Virus record (IMG/VR): IMGVR_UViG_2660238201_000001
Coordinates: 3,579 to 67,578 of that record
DNA length: 64,000 nt
Source: a virus
Taxonomy: Duplodnaviria > Heunggongvirae > Uroviricota > Caudoviricetes
Reading direction: 5' to 3' (one strand)
A program made the translations under genes and the position numbers. Below are positions 48,434-57,704 of this stretch, piece by piece. The stretch's first letter is position 1; each line of letters opens with the position of its first letter. A model generated the notes under the pieces. The model was not told the origin of the DNA. It worked only from the letters and a program-made list of their open reading frames with translations, and made no database searches.

Positions 48434-49528
48434 GAAGTTTACTCTGATCAGCTCGGTGGATAGGCGATCTCCCTTCATTTTGTGGTCAATTTCTTCTAAA
48501 TCTGGTTGCTCAACAATCGACGAGATGTACGATGAGAAGCTCTCAAGGGCTTCTCGCATCTGATCCATGTAGTCATATCGGTCGTATACACGGTCGATAC
48601 CTTCCAGACTATGATTCATGATCTTACGTGATACTTCCTGTGAAATATTAAGGGCAGGAAAGTAGCTGCGTGCCGTTCTACGCAGATCACGTGGGGTAAA
48701 CGACTCCACATCCCCCAGCTCCGGCCGCTCCAGAATCCGCCTCAACGCCTGGGCTATTGCCACCTTTGACATTGGCGTATCAGCTTTCTTTTTGTTCGAC
48801 GGGACGAGCCACTGGCTGCCGGCGCCATAATCAATCAATTCTTCTACGCACTTCCGCATCAGTGAGCTCATCGGAAGGGTGTGCGACCGGGCCGATTTGT
48901 TGCGAGATCCTTGATTCCATACATTTAGCTTAAGGTCGAACTCGCTTACTCTGGCCCGCAGCACTTCATCTGGACGCCTGGCAGCTACGAGGCAAAGCCT
49001 TGCCGCCCATTTCGTTCCCGGACATACGTCGAAATAGTCCCAGACATTCCAGAATACCCAAACCTCTGCGTCCGTCAGGCATCGTTCCCGCGGGGCCGTC
49101 TTCGCGCCGCCGGCAACTTTGTTCAGCGATATATCATTCAGGGGCGATGTTTCGATAATCCCCTGGAAGGCACACCATCCCAGGAACTGCTTCATGATGG
49201 AAAAAACACGGCGCCCCATCACGATCTTCCCTTCTAGGATCAGCGGGTTGACCAGCTGATTCACCATTATTCTATTCAGGTTACTTACTTTTTCCTGAGC
49301 GATATGCGGGAGAACATGTATCAAAACACAATGGACAGCTATCTCGGGCCGGCGGCGAGTTATCAATAATGATAAGCGAGTGAATAACATGAATGCGTCG
49401 GCGAAAGTCAGATCGGCGCCCTGCATCGAGACCGACCTGGCATCCATCTGCGATGCTCGATCCAGATAGGTGATCGCTTCCTGTGACGTGTTTTCCGCTG
49501 CGCGTGCTCTGTCAAACGTGTTTTTCAT
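48428..49528 (-). CDS. tyrosine recombinase / integrase
   Basis: Catalytic-domain remnants RPDEVLRARVSEF, FTPRDLRRTARSYF and LNHS..GIDRVYDRYDY give an R..R..Y layout. Confidence 0.7.
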   Translation of the reverse strand: MKNTFDRARAAENTSQEAITYLDRASQMDARSVSMQGADLTFADAFMLFTRLSLLITRRRPEIAVHCVLIHVLPHIAQEKVSNLNRIMVNQLVNPLILEGKIVMGRRVFSIMKQFLGWCAFQGIIETSPLNDISLNKVAGGAKTAPRERCLTDAEVWVFWNVWDYFDVCPGTKWAARLCLVAARRPDEVLRARVSEFDLKLNVWNQGSRNKSARSHTLPMSSLMRKCVEELIDYGAGSQWLVPSNKKKADTPMSKVAIAQALRRILERPELGDVESFTPRDLRRTARSYFPALNISQEVSRKIMNHSLEGIDRVYDRYDYMDQMREALESFSSYISSIVEQPDLEEIDHKMKGDRLSTELIRVNFS

Positions 49529-49555
49529 AATCTGGCCACTGTATGACGCTTTTTA

Positions 49556-49575
49556 TACTGTGTTTATATACAGTA
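49556..49575. promoter_or_regulatory. LexA (SOS) box
   Basis: TACTGTGTTTATATACAGTA matches CTGT-N8-ACAG with near-consensus flanks. It lies about 28 bp upstream of the recombinase start. Confidence 0.55.
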
Positions 49576-49877
49576 TATTAGGCATTGTTTTTATTGAGAT
49601 CAACCTAAAATACCCTCTTTTGTCTAATGATTCCATACCTACCAAGTATGGAATCATAGAAAGCCTTTTTTTTGAAAATTACTCATCTGGGCAGTGTCAT
49701 TTCCCGCTTGTTTGTTTGCGACATCACCCTTGTCTATGCGTTATGTCCCATCGTTGTCCGGTGCCAGTTCAGTCATGTTTGCGTCTATGGCTGTCTCGAT
49801 GCCGCCTGGTCTCGAAGGGGGACTTCGTCAATTCATGATATGATAGCTTTAACGGTATAGCTATGAAGGAATCATAG

Positions 49878-50237
49878 ATGATGACCTTAAAATATTATTT
49901 ACGGCACTGCTTATGGGGATGGTGTGGTTATGGCTATCTGATCTATTTTATAGTGCGCGATATGAATGACGGACTCATTTTTCCTGCCTATGTTCCTTAT
50001 ATGCCATTTGTGGTTACATATCTTGTTTTAAGCGCCGTCCTGTACCCATTCTCATATTATACTTCGGAGAAACTAGCCCTTAAGATAATGACCAAACCCT
50101 TTTGGGATCGTCACATTGGCGTGAATAGCGGTGTGTATGGCATGTTCATTATTTTGTGGTTATTTTGCCTGCCGCTTTCTGTACCGTTATTTCTCGTATA
50201 TTTATGCATACGCGCAAAGACTAGATTAAGTGCCTAA
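49878..50237 (+). CDS. polytopic membrane protein (119 aa)
   Basis: Four hydrophobic segments in an AT-rich locus on the plus strand. Confidence 0.4.
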   Translation: MMTLKYYLRHCLWGWCGYGYLIYFIVRDMNDGLIFPAYVPYMPFVVTYLVLSAVLYPFSYYTSEKLALKIMTKPFWDRHIGVNSGVYGMFIILWLFCLPLSVPLFLVYLCIRAKTRLSA

Positions 50238-50301
50238 AAAATATGAAAATTATCGCAATGGAACCACGCTACGAAAGAGAAAGGCATGGAGCTGCAGGTA
50301 A

Positions 50302-50712
50302 CTACGGGTTTGTTAATTTCTGGAAGGCTGCCGCGTATTTGGCGATGTCGCTCATTTTGACTGGATCACTGGCTGTTTTGTGTGCCTCTTTCGGGAAGAT
50401 GGCCAGCAGACTATACACGTCCTGAAACTTGGCGTGCTGGGTATAAACGAGGGCGCGGTCGCTTGTACAGTTGAACCTGTTTCGGTGACTATTTCGTTCT
50501 TGCTTGGTGAATAAGAGATGAACGTGGTAAACACGAGAGGAAACTACAGAACCAGGTTCGGTATAGGGGCCATCTTTGCCAAAAACGGCCGGATAAAAGC
50601 CGTTCTTAAAACTCACAAAGTCAGCAAGTAAGGAGGTCTTCAGATCTGGCATTACTCTGAAGACCGGCTCCAAAAATTGGGCGTAACTATCACTGTTCCA
50701 TGTGACTTTCAT
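50302..50712 (-). CDS. hypothetical protein (136 aa)
   Basis: ORF. Confidence 0.4.
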   Translation of the reverse strand: MKVTWNSDSYAQFLEPVFRVMPDLKTSLLADFVSFKNGFYPAVFGKDGPYTEPGSVVSSRVYHVHLLFTKQERNSHRNRFNCTSDRALVYTQHAKFQDVYSLLAIFPKEAHKTASDPVKMSDIAKYAAAFQKLTNP

Positions 50713-50721
50713 CGTTCAGCC

Positions 50722-51339
50722 TTAATGGAAGGAGAAGTTTGCGAAGACGTCCTCATCAATGAGGCCTGTCTGCGATTCGATAACTTCTACCTCGTTAAAG
50801 CACTGATTTAGAATCATCAGGAGGTCAGAAACCGCCAGACGGTACTCAGTGATAGCATCACTCAAACGTTTCAGGTACGGATGTGGCAGTTCGGCGTCAC
50901 GGATGAACTTGTTAACGAAGCCTTCTAAACCGCGTATGGACAGGTCAACGTTCTTCAAGTCCTCGTAACGGCTTTCACCGAAAGTATCGCGGATCTGTTC
51001 CGCACTGTAACCTGAAATGTTATGGGTCAACTGAACGTGTTTCGCCGTCAGCTCTGCGAGCCTTTGTTCAATATCCGCAAGCTGAGCTGCGGTATCGCTT
51101 TCAGCTACCGGAATTCCTTCTGTTTGCGGCAGTCTGAACTCGTTAGAATCTGCAAAACCTGGCCTCGTCGACCTTGTGATGCCGCCGATACGGGGACGCA
51201 TCTTAAATTTTGTGTGTACACGCTTCGGGAACGCTTTCGGAGTGCTATTTGCATTCGAAAAGCGTGAAGCGTTAGAAGTCACGGTAGCAAGAGCATTGCT
51301 AATGACATTCATATCTTCCAGGCAATTTTCTAAATGCAT
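50722..51339 (-). CDS. hypothetical protein (205 aa)
   Basis: ORF. Confidence 0.45.
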   Translation of the reverse strand: MHLENCLEDMNVISNALATVTSNASRFSNANSTPKAFPKRVHTKFKMRPRIGGITRSTRPGFADSNEFRLPQTEGIPVAESDTAAQLADIEQRLAELTAKHVQLTHNISGYSAEQIRDTFGESRYEDLKNVDLSIRGLEGFVNKFIRDAELPHPYLKRLSDAITEYRLAVSDLLMILNQCFNEVEVIESQTGLIDEDVFANFSFH

Positions 51340-51433
51340 AAAACCTCTTTACAGCTAAATGGCTCGTACCTAAGTGTACGCTCTGTTATCAAAAGCGACA
51401 AATCAAAACGGCCCCAAACGGAGCCGTATTGTA

Positions 51434-51679
51434 TTACAGAGTGCTTGCGAAAGCAGCAAATTCTGTGTAACCGCCGATTGGAACATCGTCCAAAAACACC
51501 TGGGGAATGGTTTCTACCGGCTTCCCAACCATGTCACTCAGCTTTTGTTTATCGATCCCGGCAGCGACAATATCGATGTACTGATATTCGCCATATCCAT
51601 GCCCCTGCAGCTGCTTCGCCAGCTCAACTGCCCGCTTACAGAAGGAGCAATTATCTCGGCCATAAATCACACACTTCAT
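51434..51679 (-). CDS. glutaredoxin (NrdC/NrdH-like)
   Basis: 81-aa product with an N-terminal redox motif CSFC in MKCVIYGRDNCSFCKRA. Confidence 0.7.
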   Translation of the reverse strand: MKCVIYGRDNCSFCKRAVELAKQLQGHGYGEYQYIDIVAAGIDKQKLSDMVGKPVETIPQVFLDDVPIGGYTEFAAFASTL

Positions 51680-52062
51680 TGTTTTGCCTCGTTAAATCTT
51701 TGTTTTAAGAGATATCCTTCAAGTGGCCAGATTTTAGCGACTGCGTTCTGGCGCGCAATCTTACGACCGATCTCCGGATCAAAGTTTTCCGGGCTTGCAC
51801 AAGCTGATTCACCGGTAACGACGAATCCGTTCTCCAACACCAGTACACAAAACGTCAGTAATTTAAGCGACTCAAGATCAGCGTCGCTAGCAACTGGCAC
51901 CTCTTTGCCGGCATAGGTCCCACTTGCCAGGGCACCAGATCTGCCATCAAAGGCCGTAAAATAATGTTCGGCGCGGATAACGCTTTGGATACGTTCTGGG
52001 GTTACTCGCGCGGCCGTTTTTCCCTTGGCCACGATTTCTTTTTCGATTTCCATGTCAGTCAT
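51676..52062 (-). CDS. hypothetical protein (128 aa)
   Basis: ORF coupled between phoH and grx. Confidence 0.45.
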   Translation of the reverse strand: MTDMEIEKEIVAKGKTAARVTPERIQSVIRAEHYFTAFDGRSGALASGTYAGKEVPVASDADLESLKLLTFCVLVLENGFVVTGESACASPENFDPEIGRKIARQNAVAKIWPLEGYLLKQRFNEAKQ

Positions 52063-52071
52063 TTTGTTTCC

Positions 52072-52863
52072 TTACAGATAGGCTTGAAGCGCCACTTTAC
52101 ACAGCTCTGAGCGCACGCAATCTTCGGCCGTGAACTCAATGAGCCCTACCTGGCGAGATGGCTTGAACCGCTGCAGGGCGTCCTCAAGACCAGATTTAAC
52201 ATTACCCGGCAGGTCGCATTGGGTTACATCACCATTCACGATGACCGTTACGTTCTCACCCATCCTGGTCAGGAACATCTTCATTTGTGACGCTGTCACG
52301 TTCTGGGCCTCATCGAGGATCACCACAGCGTTTTCGAAGGTGCGGCCGCGCATATATGCGAAGGGTGCGATCTCGACTTTAGCCACCTCAGGCTTTAGGC
52401 AGTATTCGAGAAATGAAGCGCCAAGGCGCTTCTGGAGCACATCGTAGACGGGACGAAAGAACGGAGCGAACTTCTCAGCCATATCGCCAGGCAGGAAGCC
52501 CAAATCCTCCTCTGCCTGCAGTACGGGGCGCGTAACGATAATTCGCTCTACTTCCTTATCGAGTAATCGCTGTGCGGCGACGGCCGTCGCCAGGAAGGTT
52601 TTACCGCAGCCGGCTTCGCCAGTGGCGAACGTCAGTGCTTTGCTATCAAGAGAGATAAGATAGTGGGCCTGGGCCTCATTGCGTGCCTCTATGGGGGAAG
52701 TATCACGCTTCGGTTTTGGGGGCAGAGCAGGGGCGGCGGAGGCCAGCTCGTCTACGATAATAGTGTCGATCTCGTAGCCGAGGATACGCGATTTTGACTT
52801 AAGCGCCTGGCGAGCTGCACGTCGCGCCTGTTTACGTTTGTTTCCCATATTGAGTCCTTTCAA
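52072..52863 (-). CDS. phoH: PhoH-like ATPase
   Basis: Walker A GEAGCGKTFLA, Walker B VVILDEAQN and PhoH-family length and order. Confidence 0.8.
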   Translation of the reverse strand: MKGLNMGNKRKQARRAARQALKSKSRILGYEIDTIIVDELASAAPALPPKPKRDTSPIEARNEAQAHYLISLDSKALTFATGEAGCGKTFLATAVAAQRLLDKEVERIIVTRPVLQAEEDLGFLPGDMAEKFAPFFRPVYDVLQKRLGASFLEYCLKPEVAKVEIAPFAYMRGRTFENAVVILDEAQNVTASQMKMFLTRMGENVTVIVNGDVTQCDLPGNVKSGLEDALQRFKPSRQVGLIEFTAEDCVRSELCKVALQAYL

Positions 52864-52943
52864 GTGAGTAACCAGACGAACTATACCTAAAAGTTAACAC
52901 AAAAGTAAGTAAGTAGTTACATAACGACAAGGGCGTTTATGCA

Positions 52944-52969
52944 AGAAAAGGGGCCGAAGCCCCTTTGGA
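52944..52969 (-). terminator. intrinsic terminator downstream of tRNA cluster
   Basis: On the minus strand the hairpin aaaggggcttcggcccctttt is followed by a T-rich tract. Confidence 0.5.
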
Positions 52970-53121
52970 TTTTGCGCTGAAAAAAGTGTTGCTAAGATGC
53001 TAGAAGCTATGGTTAAAGAACGTCTGCCGTAATGTCTATCACAGCGTTGAGCGGTCTGGCCATGGTGACAGGCGGAGTCTTTTCGATAAGAAAAACAAAA
53101 CCAAACCGCTCAACGCTGTGT

Positions 53122-53208
53122 TGGCGGAGGATAATGGAATCGAACCATCATCGCTTTCGCAATGGGACGGTTTTCAAGACCGCTTGGGCGCCATGCCCTC
53201 TATCCTCC
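53122..53208 (-). tRNA. tRNA-Ser (anticodon TGA), type II long variable arm
   Basis: Manual fold: acceptor GGAGGAT/ATCCTCC, anticodon stem GCGGT/ACCGT with loop CTTGAAA, T-arm GGTTCGATTCC and an encoded CCA. Confidence 0.7.
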
Positions 53209-53356
53209 GTTCGTTGTGACGCCAGATGCTTATCTTCTGGTTGCTTCAACGAGCTGAAATTCATCACAACGGTAAGGGCATTCAGGGAATCAAGATCCGT
53301 CGCGAACAGCCAAAGAGCGCGCCTTCCTTGCTGTCGTCCAAATGCCCTTACCGTTG

Positions 53357-53431
53357 TGGCGATGGTGGGTGGATTCGAACCACCGACCAGTTGATTAACA
53401 GTCAACCGCTCTACCACTGAGCTACACCATC
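53357..53431 (-). tRNA. tRNA-Asn (anticodon GTT)
   Basis: Manual fold: acceptor GATGGTG/CACCATC, D-arm TAGCTCAGTGGTAGAGCG, anticodon stem-loop GTTGA-CTGTTAA-TCAAC, T-arm GGTTCGAATCC and CCA. Confidence 0.8.
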
Positions 53432-54174
53432 TAAAGTTGACACCGTCAGCCTCTGTCGATTTACGGACTTGTGGGGCCGCATCGCCGATTCACCGGTGTC
53501 GTTCGCAGCAGTCCTACCGCTTTCTGCCACCGTATTCACCAAACGCTTACAAGCCAAGATCTTCAAATACTCTCCGAGGGTTGAGGAGGGCTTTCTTTCA
53601 GATCTAATTGGATGTATGGAATCATTTAATCGTTGTGGCCACGGGGCAGTGACAACAATGGCTATAACCAGAAGGATAATGAATCCGTGGCCACAACGTT
53701 GAGACCACTGGGACGGATTAATGTACTTGGCCCTACATGTCTGCCGGTTCTGCCTCTGTGATGCAAAAACCAGTGGTCTCAACGTTGCGTGCTGGCTCAC
53801 CTAACCAGCCGGGTTACGTCGCCATTTTTAACCCAAAACTAAACGACATAAGTAACAGAAATGACGTAACAGGATAGACGGTCGGGCCTTTGGGAGCCGG
53901 GATGTGTTGGACATAAAACCCAACCGCCCATTCTGTTACCTCATCGGTAAGGGCACTGGTTAACCAGATGCCCTACCTGCGTTTTGCAATCACACTCGCT
54001 TAGTGTGTCCCATTTCGGTGACGAGGCTGGAAACTGACCTCGCTGGTGTTTGGCTTTTTAGGCTACTGCCAGATACTGATTGTCGTTTGCAGTTATCTTT
54101 AAACGTTCAAACAGTCGCGTCTCAACGAAAACAAGCCAATCATAGTTGTATCAAAATAATAAGTAAATACTTAC

Positions 54175-54477
54175 CTATATTTTCATGCATTCTTTTGCTC
54201 CTTTTTTCATCAGCTTTGACTTATCATCCTGCGTCCGTTGGATTGTGGCCGTGAATCTTTTTGCCTTTATGCAAAGGACTTCATCTTCCTTCAGCTCGCC
54301 GTACCGCTGTTCAAGCAGAGAACCAAGGCACCAAAGTGTGTCATCGATACGCTTGCGATTGGCGAATCTTAAAAGCAGTAGCTTTACAAGAGACTGGCCA
54401 ACCGTGAAAGCTACTGCGACACCAGAGGCCACAAAGTACAAGCCTACCCACCAGTCTAAGGAGGTTAGATTGCTCAT
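54175..54477 (-). CDS. membrane protein (100 aa)
   Basis: N-terminal transmembrane helix. It is ATGA-coupled to an upstream 49-codon transmembrane ORF at about 54477-54626. Confidence 0.4.
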   Translation of the reverse strand: MSNLTSLDWWVGLYFVASGVAVAFTVGQSLVKLLLLRFANRKRIDDTLWCLGSLLEQRYGELKEDEVLCIKAKRFTATIQRTQDDKSKLMKKGAKECMKI

Positions 54478-54622
54478 TTTGATACCCCTGTCTCGTGAAC
54501 GACGCGATATACCCTCTTACCGATACGTAGTGTTTTGGTCTTCAGTTCCTGCTTGATCAAGTCATGACAGATGATGAAGCCAAGGGCGACGCCTCCAGAA
54601 AAAGTCAATATGATGTATGGAA

Positions 54623-54871
54623 TCATGAGTATTCTCCTGCTTCAATCAGTTGCTCCAGCAGCTCTATCGCCTTCTGATCACTGGGTACGGACTTGCTAAG
54701 TGGATCGGCCACTTTGTATTTCTTCACCCCGAAACGAACAAATGGGTTCAGCATGAGTGACACCATTCTTTGTTCGAAGTCATTCATACTGGCCAGCGCC
54801 TCTTTCTTGGCGTTCGTTCCCATTGCTTTAATGGCGTCCAGCTTATGTTTAAGCGCGATCAGCTTCTCCAT
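54623..54871 (-). CDS. hypothetical protein (82 aa)
   Basis: ORF. Confidence 0.4.
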   Translation of the reverse strand: MEKLIALKHKLDAIKAMGTNAKKEALASMNDFEQRMVSLMLNPFVRFGVKKYKVADPLSKSVPSDQKAIELLEQLIEAGEYS

Positions 54872-55338
54872 TAGTCGGTCTTCTCCTTTAAGGTTTCTTT
54901 GATAAGTTCTGAATAAATCTCGCTGGCATCGGGCAGTCTGCCAGTTTCAGCAACGGTCGAAGATTGGCGCTTCCCTTTAATTCCACTGTAGATAGATGCA
55001 CTGCCTCTCTTCGGCTGCAGGGTTCTCGCTGTTCGGTTTCTTTCCTCCACCTCTTCAATGAGCGCCGGCATATCGACGAAATACAGCGACTCACCTTGCC
55101 GGATTTCCTCAACCATCATTTTCAGCGCCTGGCATTTTCCGGCCGAAATGGCGTTCGCACAGGAGGTGAACGATGACGCCGGCAGTCGCTTCTCTTTGAA
55201 GGCAAGGATCGTGTGCTGACAGACGGTGTAGCTGCAGTACGAGTCATGTCCGTTAAGCTTCACTTCCGGGCAACGCAGCGAGTAGCCGTTGAGTCCAGAG
55301 ATCGAAGGGATTTTTGATAAGTCAGTTTTGGTAGCCAT
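54871..55338 (-). CDS. hypothetical Cys-rich protein (155 aa)
   Basis: ORF. Confidence 0.4.
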   Translation of the reverse strand: MATKTDLSKIPSISGLNGYSLRCPEVKLNGHDSYCSYTVCQHTILAFKEKRLPASSFTSCANAISAGKCQALKMMVEEIRQGESLYFVDMPALIEEVEERNRTARTLQPKRGSASIYSGIKGKRQSSTVAETGRLPDASEIYSELIKETLKEKTD

Positions 55339-55417
55339 TTCTCTAAACGATAATCTTGTACTTACTTACTAATCAGTTTAAATAACTCTGTACGGGGACA
55401 CAGTACATAGTCACGGC

Positions 55418-56233
55418 TTACCAGGTGGCCCAGCCGGTCATCTTGTCACTTGCGGCTTCGTATCGATATGGGGTTAGCAGGTCGTTTGCGGCATGAACGG
55501 CGTGGGATTTGGCTTCCTGAATCAGCATAGGCATTTCATTGGCCAAACGACTGATCTTACTTGCGTATTGTGCCAACACCCCATCACAGACGCGGCCAGC
55601 CTCAACGATCACGTTGATTAAGTCCAGATCACTACGACACAAGTCGCAGATACGCCCATAGTCCAGCTCACGAACACGCGCTATAGCCTTGTTGTAATCT
55701 CCGGAGACAATCATTTCCAACAAGCCTGGTGGTGCTACCAGATCTACATGGCGCCTTTCAACATCGGGAGAAGTCATGACGCTGACGAAAGCCTCTCCTA
55801 CTGTCTCGCATTTGCTTTCTACGGCTCTTAGAGTCACGTCCACGCTCTTCTCAAGCGTTTCTCTGCTTTCCATCTGGTAGCAGTTTGAGAAGATGATTTT
55901 GTCGTCATACCAGGCGCCAAAACGCGCAACTGGCCCAATGCCGGTCTCAAGCGACGGGACGATGAACGCAACCAGAGCTACACGCTTTTGAACAGTACCG
56001 GGCATTTCAGGCGTCTTTGCGTACCACACTAACACCGACGTATGTGTCGCCCCTTCTTTGAGAGGAATGCAGGATAGCGCATTCGATATATGCTCTGATG
56101 CCGTGTTGAATGAGGCATCGATGATGCTCTCCAGTTCTCCCTCGCCAAGCTCTACGCCTGACTTCTTGATCATCTCTAAAACTGCCTGTTCGATATCTTC
56201 TTTCATGTGATGTCCTCCACAACCAGAGAGCAA
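55418..56233 (-). CDS. hypothetical protein (271 aa)
   Basis: ORF with a palindromic motif upstream at 56243-56266. Confidence 0.45.
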   Translation of the reverse strand: MLSGCGGHHMKEDIEQAVLEMIKKSGVELGEGELESIIDASFNTASEHISNALSCIPLKEGATHTSVLVWYAKTPEMPGTVQKRVALVAFIVPSLETGIGPVARFGAWYDDKIIFSNCYQMESRETLEKSVDVTLRAVESKCETVGEAFVSVMTSPDVERRHVDLVAPPGLLEMIVSGDYNKAIARVRELDYGRICDLCRSDLDLINVIVEAGRVCDGVLAQYASKISRLANEMPMLIQEAKSHAVHAANDLLTPYRYEAASDKMTGWATW

Positions 56234-56453
56234 ATTATTACATTAAAATATGTAAGTAGCTACTTATCAAAGAGAGGCGGAGAGGTATACGATGGCAACA
56301 GACCAACACAACAATGCATAGGCCCCAAGAGCGTTTGACTCGGAACGTAGCAACTATGAAGACTTAACCTTACTAAAGCTGTTCGTACTCTGTTAATATA
56401 TTGAAGCAAAAAACAAAGGTTATGCAATTTCCTTTTCAGCAAAGAATCTAACT

Positions 56454-57665
56454 TTGCAGAAAACAAATAATAACACGTATTGTTTAATAGGGGATTTTAT
56501 GAAATTTTTTGATGAGTCTTATGAACATGAAGTTAATTCCATCACGAGTCATATAACTAGTACTTTCCCCTTGTCAAATGATTTATCTAATAATCCGTTT
56601 GCTGCCGACGATTCAATTTTGTCTGATGTAATTATTTCACTGTCATGGCGCTATTTTATAGACTTGTATTTTAAGCATAGAGATTTACTCAACGAACACA
56701 CACCATTTAATCAAGAAAAGATAGAGGGTGGTAATCTCCCTAGCTTATCAGAATTAAAAAGTGATAAACATTTCTTTTTATTTAAAATACTCAGATTAAT
56801 ATATGAATACAATTTTTGGACAGTGAGCGACACAAGACAACCACTTTTTTTAGATTTTTCCATTTTAGAAAGATTAGATAGACTGTCCCCAAAGGATAAC
56901 ATTCCAATTTCGTTCACCTGGATAGAACAAACAATGCCTGCAGCATTGGTTAAACACTTATTGCGGTCAGATAAATTTTCTCTTTTTAAAAACATTGCAA
57001 CTAATGTAGGTGGCTTTGAGGAAGAAATTTCGAAGCAAATAAAAAATGGTATCAGCACGGCGCAAAATGAGGCAGAACAGTTAAAAGAAAAAATTGAGAC
57101 TCTCGTTAACAATGCCGATTCGTCCATAAAGTCTCTTCAAGAATATGATGAAAAACTCAAACAGTATAAAAGTGAATATAACTTCGTTCTGCTGAGCAAA
57201 GCTTTCTCAAATCTTTTGAAAACCAAAAAAGCAGAATATGTCACAAATCACAGAAGTGTAATTATTTTTTCTTCATGGTTGATTGCCACGCCTTTATTTG
57301 CTTTATTGAATCATATCTATAATTTCTTCCCCGTGGAATTTAATTTAAATGCATTATTCTATTTCCTGCCGATATTATCATTAGAATTGTTATTTTTTTA
57401 TTTTATGCGTCTATATTATATTGAGGGCAAGGCCATCAAGGCTCAGATACTTCAAATAGAACAGCGACTAAGTCTATGTGAGTTTATACATGACTACGTG
57501 GAGACCAAAAATAACTCCGGTGCTGAAAAGGAATCATGGTCGCTGTTTGAGAAGTTAATTTTCAGCCCAATACAGGTTACTTCTGAAAACATACCGTCTT
57601 TACTGGATGGCGCATCATCTATTGCAGAGTTAGCTGGGAAAGTATTGTCCAAAGATTCTAAATAA
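56454..57665 (+). CDS. AT-rich foreign gene: soluble N-domain + C-terminal multi-TM anchor (probable true start MKFF at 56499)
   Basis: Its GC content is far below the neighbours. It is on the plus strand against minus-strand polarity. Hydrophobic helices WLIATPLFALL and FYFLPILSLELLFFYF are present. Confidence 0.5.
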   Translation: MQKTNNNTYCLIGDFMKFFDESYEHEVNSITSHITSTFPLSNDLSNNPFAADDSILSDVIISLSWRYFIDLYFKHRDLLNEHTPFNQEKIEGGNLPSLSELKSDKHFFLFKILRLIYEYNFWTVSDTRQPLFLDFSILERLDRLSPKDNIPISFTWIEQTMPAALVKHLLRSDKFSLFKNIATNVGGFEEEISKQIKNGISTAQNEAEQLKEKIETLVNNADSSIKSLQEYDEKLKQYKSEYNFVLLSKAFSNLLKTKKAEYVTNHRSVIIFSSWLIATPLFALLNHIYNFFPVEFNLNALFYFLPILSLELLFFYFMRLYYIEGKAIKAQILQIEQRLSLCEFIHDYVETKNNSGAEKESWSLFEKLIFSPIQVTSENIPSLLDGASSIAELAGKVLSKDSK

Positions 57666-57704
57666 CCATGTTGGCTGCCCTCTTTTGGCAGCCAACCAAA
57701 CACC

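Noticed and set aside
53411-53800. 129-aa minus-strand ORF across the tRNA/inverted-repeat region
   Set aside because: It lies over long perfect inverted repeats, has no upstream motif and has odd composition, so it is probably non-coding.
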